64,000 nucleotides of DNA from Candidatus Nanopelagicales bacterium. GTDB lineage: Bacteria > Actinomycetota > Actinomycetes > JAHEKZ01. The notes beneath the pieces are model-generated. The model ran no database searches. It had not been told where the DNA came from and worked only from the letters and a program-made list of their open reading frames with translations. Below, piece after piece: positions 22,359-33,698 of the stretch. The translations under genes were made by a program, and so were the position numbers. The stretch is taken from contig JBBQAL010000002.1 of the NCBI GenBank assembly GCA_038316135.1, positions 1,869-65,868 on the forward strand. Direction: 5' to 3'. Every line of letters starts with the position of its first letter. Position 1 is the stretch's first letter.

Positions 22359-23408
22359 TCAGCCAACGCTGACCTGCTCAACCGCGAGCGCGGAGTCCAC
22401 CGGGAGCCCCGGGCCTGACGCTGGTCGTCCAGACTCGACCAGAGCGGCGCCCAACGCAGCCACCATGGCGCCGTTGTCGGTACAGAGCCCGGGTCGAGGA
22501 ACCCTCAAGGTGATGCCAGCTGCCGCGCAACGCTGCCCAAGGAGCACTCGAAGTCTTGAGTTGGCAGCGACGCCGCCGCCGAGCAGGAGGTGCTCAACGC
22601 CTTCGTGCCGACAGGCTTCAACGGCTTTGCGGGTGAGCACGTCCACCACAGCCTCCTGGAAGGCAGCTGCGACATCGGGCACATGGATCGGCTCGCCCGC
22701 ACGTTGCCGAAGCTCGACCCATCGGGCCACAGCGGTCTTCAATCCGGAGAAGGAGAAGTCGAAGCGATGGCGCTCAAGGTCTCGCTGACCGGAGAGCCCA
22801 CGGGGGAAGTCAATGGCGCCAGGATCGCCGGTGGCTGCGAGTCGGTCGATGTGCGGGCCACCGGGGAAGGGCAGCCCCAACAAGCGCCCCACCTTGTCGA
22901 ATGCCTCCCCTGCAGCGTCGTCGATCGTGGCCCCGAGCGCCGTCACCTCGGCAGTGACATCGTCGACCCGCAGCAGCGACGAGTGCCCGCCACTGACCAG
23001 CAAGGCGACGGCGGGCTGCGGCAGAGAGCCGTGCTCGAGGCGGTCGACGGCGACGTGCGCTGCAAGGTGGTTGACTCCGTACAGCGGTTTGGCCAGGGCC
23101 AGCGCCAGCGCCTGGGCAGTCGCAGTACCTACAAGCAGAGCACCAACCAGCCCTGGGCCGGCCGTTACGGCGATCGCGTCAATGTCGGTGAGCGACACAC
23201 CTGCCTCGGCCAGGGCCATCTCGATCGTGGCCGGCATCGCTTCCAAGTGCGCCCGGCTGGCTACCTCGGGCACAACGCCACCAAACCTGGCCTGTTCGTC
23301 GACGCTGCTGGCGACGGCATCCGCAAGCAGGGTCATTCCTCGCACGATTCCGACACCGGTTTCATCGCACGACGTCTCGATACCAAGGATCAGTGGCTCG
23401 CTGCTCAC
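22359..23408 (-). CDS. tsaD: tRNA N6-adenosine threonylcarbamoyltransferase
   Basis: [17 protein letters not shown] start, with conserved Kae1/TsaD motifs (HLAAH, GGVAAN). Confidence 0.95.
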   Translation of the reverse strand: MSSEPLILGIETSCDETGVGIVRGMTLLADAVASSVDEQARFGGVVPEVASRAHLEAMPATIEMALAEAGVSLTDIDAIAVTAGPGLVGALLVGTATAQALALALAKPLYGVNHLAAHVAVDRLEHGSLPQPAVALLVSGGHSSLLRVDDVTAEVTALGATIDDAAGEAFDKVGRLLGLPFPGGPHIDRLAATGDPGAIDFPRGLSGQRDLERHRFDFSFSGLKTAVARWVELRQRAGEPIHVPDVAAAFQEAVVDVLTRKAVEACRHEGVEHLLLGGGVAANSRLRVLLGQRCAAAGITLRVPRPGLCTDNGAMVAALGAALVESGRPASGPGLPVDSALAVEQVSVG

Positions 23409-23893
23409 GGCGCGAGCTGTCCTGGTTCGGCCAGGAGCCGGAGCCGCATGATCATGGCATCGGCCCCCTCGCCGTAGTAGCCGGAACGGCGGGCGATCAC
23501 CTCAAACCCTTGGCGCAGATAGAGGCGCTGCGCCGGCTCATTCGACGCTGCGACCTCGAGGGTGAGGCGTGAGCAACCGCGGCACTTGGCCTCGTCGATG
23601 AGCGACGCGAGCAGCTGTGCACCAACGCCTTGGCGCTGATTCTCAGCTGCGACGGTCAGCGTCTGAACGTCCGCGTCAGAGCCAACGGCCATTAGGCCCG
23701 CATATCCCACGATCCGCTCGCCGCTCGCCGCCACCACATAGAGCCGGGATTCCGGGACTCCAGCAAGCTCGGACCAGAAGGTCTCAGGCGACCAAGCGGT
23801 CTCCGTGAACGCTTGCTCTTCAAGAGCGTGCACGGCATCGATGTCCCACCAGCGCATCGGGCGGAGCACCAGATCTGTCCTCGTGAGGTTCAC
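23405..23893 (-). CDS. rimI: Ribosomal-protein-alanine N-acetyltransferase (GNAT)
   Basis: 162-aa GNAT fold (RQGVGAQLL motif A). Located between tsaB and tsaD with 4-bp overlaps on both sides. Confidence 0.9.
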   Translation of the reverse strand: MNLTRTDLVLRPMRWWDIDAVHALEEQAFTETAWSPETFWSELAGVPESRLYVVAASGERIVGYAGLMAVGSDADVQTLTVAAENQRQGVGAQLLASLIDEAKCRGCSRLTLEVAASNEPAQRLYLRQGFEVIARRSGYYGEGADAMIMRLRLLAEPGQLAP

Positions 23894-24552
23894 GAGAGCA
23901 CCGACTTTGGACCCGACGATGGCGTCACGTCAGGGCGTCGAAGGTAGAGCGGTACTGGTCTATCGAGTGCCTCGCCCCGAGCGAGTCGAGCGAGAACCAG
24001 CCGACACAGTGCCGATCCGCTCGGCTGGTCTCCCGCGACGGGTTCGAGCCCATCGATCGCCGGCGTATCCGGCGGGCAGATGACCGTCAGACCCAAGAGC
24101 GCGTCGCGAGCGACAAGAGCGGATCCGACGGTTGGCGCGGTCGAACGAGATTCATAGCCGGTGTACGTCGCCCAGAAGAACTCGCGGCGCCGAGCATCGG
24201 TGACAACCGCGAACCCCTCGGTGCGGCCGGTGCCGTAGGCCAAAACATCGAGCGTGCTCATCCCGTGAACTGGGATCTGCAGGGCCTGACCAAGTGCTTG
24301 AGCTGTCGCCAGCCCAACCCGTAGCCCGGTGAAAGCCCCAGGCCCAATGCCAACCGCGATGACGTCCAGATCGGAGGGGGTCATGTGGGCGGCGTGCAAC
24401 ACCTCGTTGATCTGCACCGGCAACACCTCGCCGTGCCGACGCGGGTCGACGTGGCTGCGCTCTGCGAGCACCTCGTCGGGTACCCCAGACCGAGAACGGA
24501 CCAGCCCGACCGTGGTCACCGCGGTGGCAGTGTCCAATCCCAGCAACAGCAC
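23890..24552 (-). CDS. tsaB: tRNA threonylcarbamoyladenosine biosynthesis protein TsaB
   Basis: MLLLGLDTATAVTTVGLV start and an inactive-Kae1-paralog fold. Sits between tsaE and rimI. Confidence 0.9.
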   Translation of the reverse strand: MLLLGLDTATAVTTVGLVRSRSGVPDEVLAERSHVDPRRHGEVLPVQINEVLHAAHMTPSDLDVIAVGIGPGAFTGLRVGLATAQALGQALQIPVHGMSTLDVLAYGTGRTEGFAVVTDARRREFFWATYTGYESRSTAPTVGSALVARDALLGLTVICPPDTPAIDGLEPVAGDQPSGSALCRLVLARLARGEALDRPVPLYLRRPDVTPSSGPKSVLS

Positions 24553-24561
24553 GCGGCGACC

Positions 24562-25041
24562 CTACCGACCCCGGCCAGCCGGCCAGGTCAGCGTGACCCG
24601 TCGGGAATCTGACACCGCCTGTTCCGGGCCAACAGCGTCGGCATCGCGATCGATTCGCACATGCACGACGCCAGAGGAAAGTCGCTCTGCGAGACCTTCA
24701 CCCCACTCGACGACCGTTACTGAATCGGCCAGCGACGCGTCGAGGTCAAGGTCATCAAGCTCAGCGAGCCCGCCGAGTCGGTACGCATCAACGTGGACAA
24801 GGTCGGGCCCCCCGACGGTTGATCGATGAACACGCGCAATGACAAAGGTCGGTGAAGTCACGGCCCCACCCACCTGCAACCCTGACGCAAAGCCTTGAGT
24901 GAATGTCGTCTTTCCCGCCCCGAGCGGTCCGGACAGCACCACGACATCACCTGCGCGGCACGCGTTCGCTACTTGCGCTGCGAACGTGCGCATAGCGTCC
25001 ACGTCGAGAATCACCACCGAATCCGGGGACGCCACGGTCAT
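24562..25041 (-). CDS. tsaE: tRNA threonylcarbamoyladenosine biosynthesis ATPase TsaE
   Basis: P-loop GPLGAGKTTFTQG, about 159 aa. Conserved context upstream of tsaB. Confidence 0.9.
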   Translation of the reverse strand: MTVASPDSVVILDVDAMRTFAAQVANACRAGDVVVLSGPLGAGKTTFTQGFASGLQVGGAVTSPTFVIARVHRSTVGGPDLVHVDAYRLGGLAELDDLDLDASLADSVTVVEWGEGLAERLSSGVVHVRIDRDADAVGPEQAVSDSRRVTLTWPAGRGR

Positions 25042-26105
25042 TCCTCCAGGCCACGAGCCACCCGCTCCAGCAGGTCGATCAGGTGTCCGTTGACGTCGTC
25101 AGATCGTTCGAGCATGACAAGGTGACCGCCCGGGTCGAGCACCTCAAGCTCGGCGCCTGGAATGCCTTTCACGAGCATCCGGCTGTGCTCGGCCGGCGTC
25201 AGAAGATCTTGGGCGCCAACGAGTACGAGCGTCTCGGTGCCGTTCAAGACATCGAGGGCGTCGAAGACGTCGTGGTCCCCCAGCGCCGGTAGAAAGTCAG
25301 CGAGAACGTCGAGCGGGGTGGCGTTGATCATCTCCAGACTGAAGTCGACCACCTCGACCGGAACTTCGTCGGCGAAGGCGTAGACCTTCGTCACCAACAC
25401 TGCAAGGTCGCTGCTGAAGTGGCGGCTTCTCTCCAAGAGCTGCGTTGTACGCCTTCCGAGCTGAATGACTGAAGGCGCAAGCGTTCGCAGAGTCCTCGCC
25501 GCGAAAGAAGGCAGCCCCAGCGTCACGTCGGACATCTCGCCAGCGGAGGTCGAGATCAGCGCGACACCGACCACTCGGTCGCCGAAGAGTTGAGGGGATT
25601 GCCGCGCGAGCTCGAGGATTGTCATGCCACCCATCGAGTGGCCGACCAACACGACGGGCCCAGCGGGAACGACCGCAGCCAGCACGGCCTCAAGGTCAGC
25701 CGCCAACTGAGCCATCGTCGATGACTCCGGCGTCCCACGTCCGGATCGACCATGCGAACGCTGATCGTAAAAGACCAACCGTGCCGTGCCACGGAGCGCC
25801 AACCGCTGGTAGTGGAAGCAGTCCTGGTTCAGCGCATAGCCATGAACGAAGACCACCGTCAACTCACGCCACTGCGCAGCTGGATGCGGTTCATCAACTT
25901 CCACGTGCAGTTCTACCCCGTCATCGAGTTGCACGACCTGTGGCGTTCCCCGCAGCTGGCCGAGGCCGAGCCGACCACCAGGTGTCTCACCGCGTCGCAG
26001 CGGTCGACCCACGACCACACGCTCGGCAGCCATGCCAGCAGCGGCCCCCACCGCTGCCGCGACAAGCGCTGCGCCGGCCAATCCTGCGCGACGAGCTGGG
26101 TTCAC
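25038..26105 (-). CDS. Alpha/beta-fold hydrolase
   Basis: HGYALN oxyanion region and nucleophile elbow GHSMGG. 355 aa. Confidence 0.85.
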   Translation of the reverse strand: MNPARRAGLAGAALVAAAVGAAAGMAAERVVVGRPLRRGETPGGRLGLGQLRGTPQVVQLDDGVELHVEVDEPHPAAQWRELTVVFVHGYALNQDCFHYQRLALRGTARLVFYDQRSHGRSGRGTPESSTMAQLAADLEAVLAAVVPAGPVVLVGHSMGGMTILELARQSPQLFGDRVVGVALISTSAGEMSDVTLGLPSFAARTLRTLAPSVIQLGRRTTQLLERSRHFSSDLAVLVTKVYAFADEVPVEVVDFSLEMINATPLDVLADFLPALGDHDVFDALDVLNGTETLVLVGAQDLLTPAEHSRMLVKGIPGAELEVLDPGGHLVMLERSDDVNGHLIDLLERVARGLEE

Positions 26106-27238
26106 GACGCAGGACCCCCCACATACCGACGTCGGATGCGTGGTCCCATGCGCGTCACGACCTCGTACGAGATAGTTCCTGTGGCGTCCGCCCAGTCCTG
26201 CGCGGTCGGCTCGCCGGAATGACCGGGACCGAAGAGCGAGACGAGGTCGCCGGTAGACACTGGGTCATCACCAAGGTCGACCACAAACTGGTCCATACAC
26301 ACCACGCCAGCAATCGTGCGCCGCCTGCCACCCACCTGCACCGGACCGACGTTGGTGGCATCGCGCGGGACTCCATCGGCATATCCGAGCGGGACCAGCC
26401 CGAGGGTTGTTTCACGGTTGGTGACGTACCGATGCATGTAGGAGACTCCGTGACCGGCCGGCACCCGCTTCACCAAAGTCATCCGCGCTTGAAGCGACAT
26501 TGCCGGCAGTAACCCCAACGCGGCAGGTGGCGAATCCCGGAGCGGCGAGAGGCCGTAGACGGCCAGTCCGGGACGAGTGAGATCGAAGTGCGTATCGGGC
26601 CTCGTCAGCGTCGCCGCAGAGTTGGCGAGATGGCGGACCTCCGGTTGGAGGCCGGCCCGCTCTGCAACGTCCAACGCCTCCCGAAATACCCTGAGCTGAC
26701 GATCGATCGTCGGGTGTCCTGGGGCATCGGCGTAAGCCAAGTGCGACCACACCCCCACCACCACGACGATGCCGTCAAGCTCAGCCTTTCGCGCTGCGTC
26801 GACCAGGGTCGGCCAGCCACCGACCGGGGCTCCGGACCGCCCGAGGCCCGTGTCGACCTTGAGGTGAATGCGGGCCACTCGCCCGACCTCGCGGGCCGCG
26901 GTGGCGATCTCGTCGAGCACCCAGAGATCAGATACCGACAGGTCGATGCCTCTTGTCAACGCCTCCGTCCATGGCTCCCCTGGCCCGACGAGCCAGGCCA
27001 GCACCGGGTCTTCAACGCCTCCAGCGCGCAACTCGAGCGCTTCATCCAGCAGGGCTACGCCGAGCCACTGCGCACCGCCAGCGATAGCAGCCTGCGCGGA
27101 AGGCACCAGTCCGTGACCGTAGGCATCGGCCTTCACAACGGCCATCACCCCTGCCGACCCTGAGCGAGCCGCCAGGACGTGGGTATTGGCAGCGATTGCG
27201 TCGAGATCGACGATGAGCTCGCGAAGGTGGCCGGACAC
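26102..27238 (-). CDS. alr: Alanine racemase
   Basis: PLP-binding VVKADAYGHG and a conserved C-terminal domain. Start set to the GTG at 27238, preceded by a GGGAGG SD; the track ORF carries an Arg-rich wrong-frame N-extension. Confidence 0.9.
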   Translation of the reverse strand: MSGHLRELIVDLDAIAANTHVLAARSGSAGVMAVVKADAYGHGLVPSAQAAIAGGAQWLGVALLDEALELRAGGVEDPVLAWLVGPGEPWTEALTRGIDLSVSDLWVLDEIATAAREVGRVARIHLKVDTGLGRSGAPVGGWPTLVDAARKAELDGIVVVVGVWSHLAYADAPGHPTIDRQLRVFREALDVAERAGLQPEVRHLANSAATLTRPDTHFDLTRPGLAVYGLSPLRDSPPAALGLLPAMSLQARMTLVKRVPAGHGVSYMHRYVTNRETTLGLVPLGYADGVPRDATNVGPVQVGGRRRTIAGVVCMDQFVVDLGDDPVSTGDLVSLFGPGHSGEPTAQDWADATGTISYEVVTRMGPRIRRRYVGGPAS

Positions 27239-27273
27239 CTGGGTATCCTCCCATCCGGGCACTTTCGGGGTGG

Positions 27274-28725
27274 TCAAGGACGCGTGACCGCCCTGATCGC
27301 GTCTGGGATAGCTTCGGCCACCTCCGCCGCGGTCGTCGGGGCACCGTCGGCCGCCAGTCGGCCGGCCAACCCGTGCAGGAACGCGCCGCCTGAGGCAGCG
27401 TCGAGCGGGGGAACGCCCCCCGCGAGAAGAGCTGCGATGACTCCGGTGAGGACGTCGCCAGTGCCGCCGGCAGCAAGCCAGGGGGTGCCGGTGAGGTTGA
27501 GGCGGACTTGTCCATCGGCGTCGGCAACCACGGTGGTTGCTCCCTTGAGCAGCACGGTGCAACGCAACCGTGCCGCAAGGGTTCGTACTGCCGTCAGTGA
27601 GTCATGCCCGACGTTGAGATCAGGGCCAAGCCGGGCGAACTCGCGTGCATGGGGCGTCAGCACCGTCGCTGCGGAGCGGGCCCGCAACAACTCTGGGAAC
27701 TCCGCCAACAACGTCAATCCATCTGCATCGACGACGACTGGCGCTGCGGCGTCCATGACCTCCCCCAGCCGCTGGCGAGCGTCCGAATCAACGCCGAGCC
27801 CCGGACCAACTGCCCATGCTTGGACGCGTCCAGCGTCAGCGATCGAACCACGGGACACGATCGCCGACGGCCAGGCGCTGATCACGGATTCGCCCGCGGT
27901 GCCGACATAGCGAACCAGTCCGGCCTTGGTGTGCAACGCTCCGGAAACCGCGAGAACTGCCGCGCCGGGGTAACGATCAGAACCGGCTACAACCCCGGTA
28001 ACCCCCTGCGTGTACTTGTGATCGAGGGGTCCTGGCCGGGGGATGAGAGCTGCAGCGTCAGCCGCATCCAGGCAAGCGATCGATGGCACAACGACGTCGT
28101 CGGAAAGCCCGATATCGACGAGTTCCAGAAGTCCGACGTGCATGGAGCCGGGCGATAGGAGCAGTCCCGGCTTCATGAGGCCGAAGGTCACCGTGACATC
28201 AGCCCAGATCGCACTGTCGTCGGCGGCACCGGTGTCAGCGTCGACGCCAGACGGAAGGTCGACCGCTACAACGATGGCGTCGCTGGACGTCGCCAACTCA
28301 GCGAGGGTCGCCGCCGGCTCGCGGAGGCCACCCTTCCCTCCGATTCCCAAGATCCCATCGACCACCAGGTCTGCGCCGGTGATGGCACGACCTGCTTCGG
28401 CTTGGTCAATGACCTGGCCCCCCGCCCGAAGCAGGGCTCGGAGACCGGCTTCATGCATCCGTGAGCCGGCGGGAACGCCGACGACCTGCGCGCCACGCTT
28501 GGCCAGGGCTGCCCCGGCGACGAGCGCATCTCCCCCGTTGTTCCCTGTGCCGGCCAGAACGACGACGTACGAGCCATATACGCCGCCGCGATGAGCCGTG
28601 AGCATTTGGGCGCACGTACGCGCCAGGCCGGTCGCAGCACGCAGCATCAGTTCACCATCAGCGGTTCGGGCGAGCACCGACTCTTCGGCAGCTCGCACCT
28701 CCTCGACGGTGTGCACACCGTGCAT
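27274..28725 (-). CDS. nnr: Bifunctional NAD(P)H-hydrate repair enzyme (epimerase/ADP-dependent dehydratase)
   Basis: N-terminal YjeF-N (VLAGTGNNGGDALVAG) and a C-terminal carbohydrate-kinase-like domain (GPGLG...AAGGTGDVLTG). Start taken at MHGVHTVEEV. Confidence 0.85.
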   Translation of the reverse strand: MHGVHTVEEVRAAEESVLARTADGELMLRAATGLARTCAQMLTAHRGGVYGSYVVVLAGTGNNGGDALVAGAALAKRGAQVVGVPAGSRMHEAGLRALLRAGGQVIDQAEAGRAITGADLVVDGILGIGGKGGLREPAATLAELATSSDAIVVAVDLPSGVDADTGAADDSAIWADVTVTFGLMKPGLLLSPGSMHVGLLELVDIGLSDDVVVPSIACLDAADAAALIPRPGPLDHKYTQGVTGVVAGSDRYPGAAVLAVSGALHTKAGLVRYVGTAGESVISAWPSAIVSRGSIADAGRVQAWAVGPGLGVDSDARQRLGEVMDAAAPVVVDADGLTLLAEFPELLRARSAATVLTPHAREFARLGPDLNVGHDSLTAVRTLAARLRCTVLLKGATTVVADADGQVRLNLTGTPWLAAGGTGDVLTGVIAALLAGGVPPLDAASGGAFLHGLAGRLAADGAPTTAAEVAEAIPDAIRAVTRP

Positions 28726-28738
28726 AACGACCCCCTCG

Positions 28739-29089
28739 CTAAGCCTCTGCCACGACCATCGCCGAGGCGATGCCGGCATCGTGACTCAGCGACAGATGGA
28801 TGGTGTGGGCTCGCAGGGCAATGGCGCGCGCGTGCACGGTTCCGCGCAACTCAAACCCGGGTCGACCGTCGGAGTGTTTGACCACCTCACAGTCGTGCCA
28901 CTGCAGACCCGCCGGGGCCCCGAGCGCTTTGGCGAGCGCTTCCTTGGCGGCAAATCGAGCGGCCAAAGAGGCCAGTGGCAAGGCAGCCTCCGCCGGGGTG
29001 AAGAGCCGATCGCGCAAGGCAGGCGTCCGCTCGAGCGTCTGCCCGAACCGCCCAATATCTACGACGTCGATCCCGATACCAACGATCAC
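28739..29089 (-). CDS. acpS: Holo-[acyl-carrier-protein] synthase
   Basis: [15 protein letters not shown]...SLSHD motifs. 116 aa. Confidence 0.9.
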   Translation of the reverse strand: MIVGIGIDVVDIGRFGQTLERTPALRDRLFTPAEAALPLASLAARFAAKEALAKALGAPAGLQWHDCEVVKHSDGRPGFELRGTVHARAIALRAHTIHLSLSHDAGIASAMVVAEA

Positions 29090-29117
29090 AGCGCCAGTCT
29101 GTCACTTCTCGAGACTG

Positions 29118-30956
29118 CTACTCCACAGTGACCGACTTTGCCAGGTTGCGTGGCTGATCGACGTCGTATCCCTTGGCACTGGCCAGCTCGCAGGCGAACA
29201 CCTGGAGTGGAACGGTGGCAACAATGGGCTGCAACAAGGTCGGAACGGCCGGCACGCGAACGAGGGTGTCGGCGTAAGGAGCCACCGTGTCGTCGCCCTC
29301 TTCCGCGATGACGATGGTGCGCGCTCCCCTGGCCCGGATCTCCTGGATGTTGCTGACGATCTTGTCGTGCAGCACTTTGCGACTCAGTGGTGGAACGACT
29401 ACCACGACGGGGAGACCTTGCTCAATCAGTGCGATCGGGCCGTGTTTCAGCTCGCCAGCTGGAAATCCCTCGGCGTGCATGTACGCAAGTTCTTTGAGCT
29501 TGAGCGCACCCTCGAGGGCCACCGGGTAGCCGACGTGCCGCCCAAGGAACAACACGGCCTTGGCGTTAACTAGTTCGCGCGCCAGGGCCCGCATCGGCTC
29601 GACAGTATCCAGGACGCGATCGACTGCCTCCGGCATTCCGGCCAGTTCGTCGATGTGCCGGATGATCTCGTCGCCCCACTTGGTTCCGCGCACCTGGGCT
29701 AGGTAGAGCGCAACGAGGTTTACAGCCACGATCTGGGTGAGAAAGGCCTTGGTCGAGGCGACCGCGATCTCTGGTCCGGCATAGGTGTAGACGACGGCGT
29801 CTGACTCACGTGGAATCGTCGACCCGTTGACGTTGCAGATCGCCAACACCCGCGATCCCTGTGCGCGCGCATGCCGAATCGCCATGAGCGTGTCCATCGT
29901 CTCGCCGGATTGTGAGATGGCGATGACCAGCGTGTGCCGACCGAGGATGGGGTCGCGGTAGCGAAACTCGGAGGCAACCTCAACCTCGACGGGGATGCGC
30001 GTCCAGTGCTCGATGGAGTACTTGGCGATGAGTCCGGAGTGGTAAGCCGTGCCGCAGCCGATGATCACCACCTTGTCGATCTCTCGAAGATCCTCGTCCG
30101 ACAACCGCATCTCATCGAGTTGCAAGTGTCCGTCGTCGTCAATCCGGCCCAGCAACGTGTCGGCGACCGCCTTCGGCTGCTCATAGATCTCCTTGAGCAT
30201 GAAGTAGTCGTAGCCACCCTTCTCGGCAGCCGACGCATCCCAGTCGACCTCGTACTCCCTGACCTCGGCTGGCTCACCGTCGAAAGTGGTCACCGCGATG
30301 CGGTCGACCGTGATCTCGACAACTTGATCCTGCCCCAGCTCAACGGCGTGGCGAGTGTGCGCGATGAACGCCGAAACGTCGCTCCCGAGAAAGTTTTCGC
30401 CGTCACCGCGACCAACCACAAGCGGTGAGTTGCGGCGAGCTCCGACCACGACGTCGGGCTGCGCAGCATGAATCGCCACGAGGGTGAATGCCCCTTCGAG
30501 GCGCCGACACACCGAGCGCATGGCCTCGGCCAGATCACCATCGAACGCTTGAGCCAGAAGGTGCGAGACCACCTCGGTGTCAGTGTCGGAGGCCAGGATC
30601 ACTCCGCCGTCCTCGAGCTGAGCCCGAAGGCTGGCGAAGTTCTCGATGATGCCGTTGTGAACGACGGCTACTTGCGACGCCTCATCGAGGTGTGGATGCG
30701 CATTTCGGTCGGTCGGTGCGCCGTGGGTGGCCCATCGCGTGTGCCCCATACCGAAGGTGGTCGCCGGCAGCGGCTGCTCCGCCAGCAACTTCTCGAGGTT
30801 GGCGAGCTTACCGGCGCGACGCCGTACCTGGACATCGCCGCCCGCCACCACCGCAACACCAGCGCTGTCATAGCCGCGGTACTCCAACCTGCGGAGCCCC
30901 TCGATGACGACGTCGACGGCGTTCTGCTGTCCGACGTACCCGACGATTCCGCACAT
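29118..30956 (-). CDS. glmS: Glutamine--fructose-6-phosphate aminotransferase (isomerising)
   Basis: MCGIVGY N-terminal nucleophile, two SIS domains and a C-terminal ...SVTVE. 612 aa. Confidence 0.97.
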   Translation of the reverse strand: MCGIVGYVGQQNAVDVVIEGLRRLEYRGYDSAGVAVVAGGDVQVRRRAGKLANLEKLLAEQPLPATTFGMGHTRWATHGAPTDRNAHPHLDEASQVAVVHNGIIENFASLRAQLEDGGVILASDTDTEVVSHLLAQAFDGDLAEAMRSVCRRLEGAFTLVAIHAAQPDVVVGARRNSPLVVGRGDGENFLGSDVSAFIAHTRHAVELGQDQVVEITVDRIAVTTFDGEPAEVREYEVDWDASAAEKGGYDYFMLKEIYEQPKAVADTLLGRIDDDGHLQLDEMRLSDEDLREIDKVVIIGCGTAYHSGLIAKYSIEHWTRIPVEVEVASEFRYRDPILGRHTLVIAISQSGETMDTLMAIRHARAQGSRVLAICNVNGSTIPRESDAVVYTYAGPEIAVASTKAFLTQIVAVNLVALYLAQVRGTKWGDEIIRHIDELAGMPEAVDRVLDTVEPMRALARELVNAKAVLFLGRHVGYPVALEGALKLKELAYMHAEGFPAGELKHGPIALIEQGLPVVVVVPPLSRKVLHDKIVSNIQEIRARGARTIVIAEEGDDTVAPYADTLVRVPAVPTLLQPIVATVPLQVFACELASAKGYDVDQPRNLAKSVTVE

Positions 30957-31016
30957 GAGTTACACCTTACGTTCTGTCACTGGCGAGTGACGCCTTCCCA
31001 ATGGTGGGCAGCGGGG

Positions 31017-32360
31017 TCAGCCGATGGTCGCGCGCACCACGGCAGCCAGCCGATCAGCAACCTCTTTGGCACGATCGGCTGAGTCTGCTTCGACCATGAC
31101 TCGAACCAGTGGTTCGGTACCGCTCGGGCGGAGCAGCACGCGTCCGAGATCACCGAGTGCTCGCTCTTCCTCGGCAACGGCCGCAGCGATCGCAGGGGCA
31201 TCGACCCGCAGGCGGTCAACGTCAGAAACGTTGACCAAGACCTGCGGAAAGCGCTGCATCACAGCCGCGAGTTCGGCGAGAGACCGACCGGAGGCAGCGA
31301 CCTGCGCCGCCAAGTGGAGCGCGGTCAGCAGCCCGTCCCCCGTCGTGGCGTGCTCGGACATGATCAAATGTCCGGACTGTTCGCCCCCGAGGGTGTAGCC
31401 ATACGAACGCATCGCTTCGAGTACATAGCGATCTCCAACGGCGGTCGCAACAACAGCGACACCCTCACGTTGCATCGCTTGGCGGAAGCCGAGATTCGAC
31501 ATGACCGTCGAAACAACACTGTCGTGCGCCAGACGACCTGCAGATCGCATGGCCAGGGTCAGGATGGCCAGGATCTGATCACCGTCGACGAGGTCGCCGG
31601 TGGCATCAACGGCCAGACAGCGGTCGGCGTCACCATCGAGTGCGACGCCAAGATCTGCACCGTGCTCGACGACAGCCGCCTGAAGTGACTCGAGGTGGGT
31701 CGATCCGCACGCATCATTGATGTTGAGTCCATCGGGAGTGTCGTGAATCGTGATGACGTCAGCCTTCGCCTTGGCAAGTGCAGCGGCAGCAACGAAGGAA
31801 GCAGCTCCGTTCGCGCAGTCGACAACAATGCGCACCCCATCCAAGTGCTGTCGACCAAGCGTCGAAAGCAGGTGCGCGACGTAGTCGCCCGCACCGTTTC
31901 CATCATCAGTGACGCGACCGACACCCGCTCCGGTTGGACGGTCCCACGGCTCTCCGACGCGCGACTCAACTGCATCCTCGATAGCGTCGCCAAGTTTGTG
32001 CCCGCCCCTGGCGAAGAACTTGATCCCGTTGTCGGGCATCGCGTTGTGTGAGGCCGACAGCATGACGCCGAGATCGGCTGCACGGGCCGCCGTGAGATAG
32101 GCAACGCCCGGAGTCGGAAGAACACCGACCCGGCTTACATCAACTCCAGCGCTGGCAAGACCGGCGACGACGGCCGCTTCAAGGAACTCCCCGGATGCGC
32201 GAGGGTCGCGGCCAACAACGGCTGTCGGACGGTGGCCCGCGAACGCTCCGGTCTCGCCAACCACGTGGGCAGCCGCGACGCTGAGGTCGACGGCGAGCTC
32301 GGCGGTCAGGTCACGGTTGGCAAGACCACGGACTCCATCGGTTCCGAAGAGCCGGGTCAC
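31017..32360 (-). CDS. glmM: Phosphoglucosamine mutase
   Basis: LFGTDGVRG start and the active-site serine loop [14 protein letters not shown]. 447 aa. Confidence 0.95.
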   Translation of the reverse strand: MTRLFGTDGVRGLANRDLTAELAVDLSVAAAHVVGETGAFAGHRPTAVVGRDPRASGEFLEAAVVAGLASAGVDVSRVGVLPTPGVAYLTAARAADLGVMLSASHNAMPDNGIKFFARGGHKLGDAIEDAVESRVGEPWDRPTGAGVGRVTDDGNGAGDYVAHLLSTLGRQHLDGVRIVVDCANGAASFVAAAALAKAKADVITIHDTPDGLNINDACGSTHLESLQAAVVEHGADLGVALDGDADRCLAVDATGDLVDGDQILAILTLAMRSAGRLAHDSVVSTVMSNLGFRQAMQREGVAVVATAVGDRYVLEAMRSYGYTLGGEQSGHLIMSEHATTGDGLLTALHLAAQVAASGRSLAELAAVMQRFPQVLVNVSDVDRLRVDAPAIAAAVAEEERALGDLGRVLLRPSGTEPLVRVMVEADSADRAKEVADRLAAVVRATIG

Positions 32361-32435
32361 AGGACCTCCTCGTGCGCGCGCCCCGCAAGCCGCGAGGCTG
32401 ACGGGGCGCAGCGAAGTAAACGCGGGCGGTGCGCG

Positions 32436-32972
32436 TCAGCGCTTGCTGTACTGCGGAGCCTTACGGGCCTTCTTGAGCCCAGCCTTGCGGCGCTCCTTGG
32501 CACGCGGGTCTCGAGTGAGGTAGCCGGCCTTCTTGAGGACCGGACGGTTGCCCTCAGTGTCGATTTCGTTGAGCGCGCGCGAGATACCGAGACGGATGGC
32601 GCCGGCCTGGCCGGAGACACCGCCGCCGTGGACACGGGCGATGACGTCGTAGCGTCCCTCGACTGAAAGCACGCGGAACGGGTCGTTGACGACCTGCTGG
32701 TGCACCTTGTTGGGGAAGAAGTCATCGAGTGTCTTGCCGTTCACGGTTACCTGACCGGTTCCTGGTGCGATGCGCACGCGGGCGATCGCCTCTTTGCGAC
32801 GGCCCGTTGCAGCGCCAGGCGCGTCAGAGATCTCACGCGGAGCGACAACCACTGCCGTCTCGCTGGTGAAGTCTCCGGTGGGGACGTCCTCAGTCACGGG
32901 AGCAGCGGCGTCTACCGCGGGGGCAGGTGCCTCGTCGGGTGTGGTCTCAGTGGTGACGGTCACGTCGGACAT
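32436..32972 (-). CDS. rpsI: 30S ribosomal protein S9
   Basis: Conserved C-terminus [19 protein letters not shown]...[10 protein letters not shown], with an actinobacterial N-terminal extension. Confidence 0.95.
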   Translation of the reverse strand: MSDVTVTTETTPDEAPAPAVDAAAPVTEDVPTGDFTSETAVVVAPREISDAPGAATGRRKEAIARVRIAPGTGQVTVNGKTLDDFFPNKVHQQVVNDPFRVLSVEGRYDVIARVHGGGVSGQAGAIRLGISRALNEIDTEGNRPVLKKAGYLTRDPRAKERRKAGLKKARKAPQYSKR

Positions 32973-33008
32973 GGTCCTCTCGATACCTTCTGTGGTCTTC
33001 GGGCCGCG

Positions 33009-33458
33009 CTACTGCGCGACCTGGGTGATCTCGAACGGCACTGGCTGCTGTGCCTGATGGGGGTGCTCTGAGCCGCCGTAGACCTTGAGCTTTTTGAGCT
33101 GCTGATGGGCGATGCGGTTTTTGGGCAGCATGCCCCAGACAGCCTTTTCGACAGCGCGTCGGGGGTTCTTGGCGAGCAGCTCTTCGTAGCCAGTTGCGTG
33201 CAGACCGCCCGGGAAGCCGGAGTGGCGGTAGGCGAGCTTCTGCTCGCGCTTGGCGCCCGTCAGTGCGATCTTCTGAGCGTTGATGACCACTACGAAGTCG
33301 CCAGTGTCGACGTGCGGTGCGAAGACTGGCTTGTGCTTGCCACGCAGCAATTGCGCGACCTGCGAAGCCAGACGTCCCAGGACGACATCTTCGGCGTCGA
33401 TGACGTACCACTGACGCTGGACGTCGTCGGGCTTGGGGCTGTACGTGCGCACGGGCAC
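33009..33458 (-). CDS. rplM: 50S ribosomal protein L13
   Basis: MPVRTY...[31 protein letters not shown] start. Confidence 0.97.
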   Translation of the reverse strand: MPVRTYSPKPDDVQRQWYVIDAEDVVLGRLASQVAQLLRGKHKPVFAPHVDTGDFVVVINAQKIALTGAKREQKLAYRHSGFPGGLHATGYEELLAKNPRRAVEKAVWGMLPKNRIAHQQLKKLKVYGGSEHPHQAQQPVPFEITQVAQ

Positions 33459-33698
33459 AACCTTCGTGAGTCGAGTCGGGTCAGGAGGCGCTCTGCATCA
33501 AACACTGCATCGATCTGCATCAAGCAGGGCGTTCCGCGGGGGGCATCCGGCGCCAACGATCTGGAGCCGACCAGCGACCCCGACAGATACAAGGCGCAAC
33601 AGCCGTTCAGATTACCCGTGCCCAGGGTGGACGGTCAAAACCGGGTGCCAATAGGAGGCCATCGAGCCCGAGATCACCGGCCTTCCTAGGCTGGCCCG

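Noticed and set aside
22590-23477. 295-aa plus-strand ORF
   Set aside because: Antisense to tsaD/rimI.
25619-26512. 297-aa plus-strand ORF
   Set aside because: Antisense to the alpha/beta hydrolase and alr genes. Arg/Pro-rich.
26102-27562. Long N-terminal extension of the alr ORF (486 aa in the track)
   Set aside because: The first roughly 100 residues are Arg/His/Pro junk. A GTG with a GGGAGG SD at 27238 gives a canonical 378-aa Alr.
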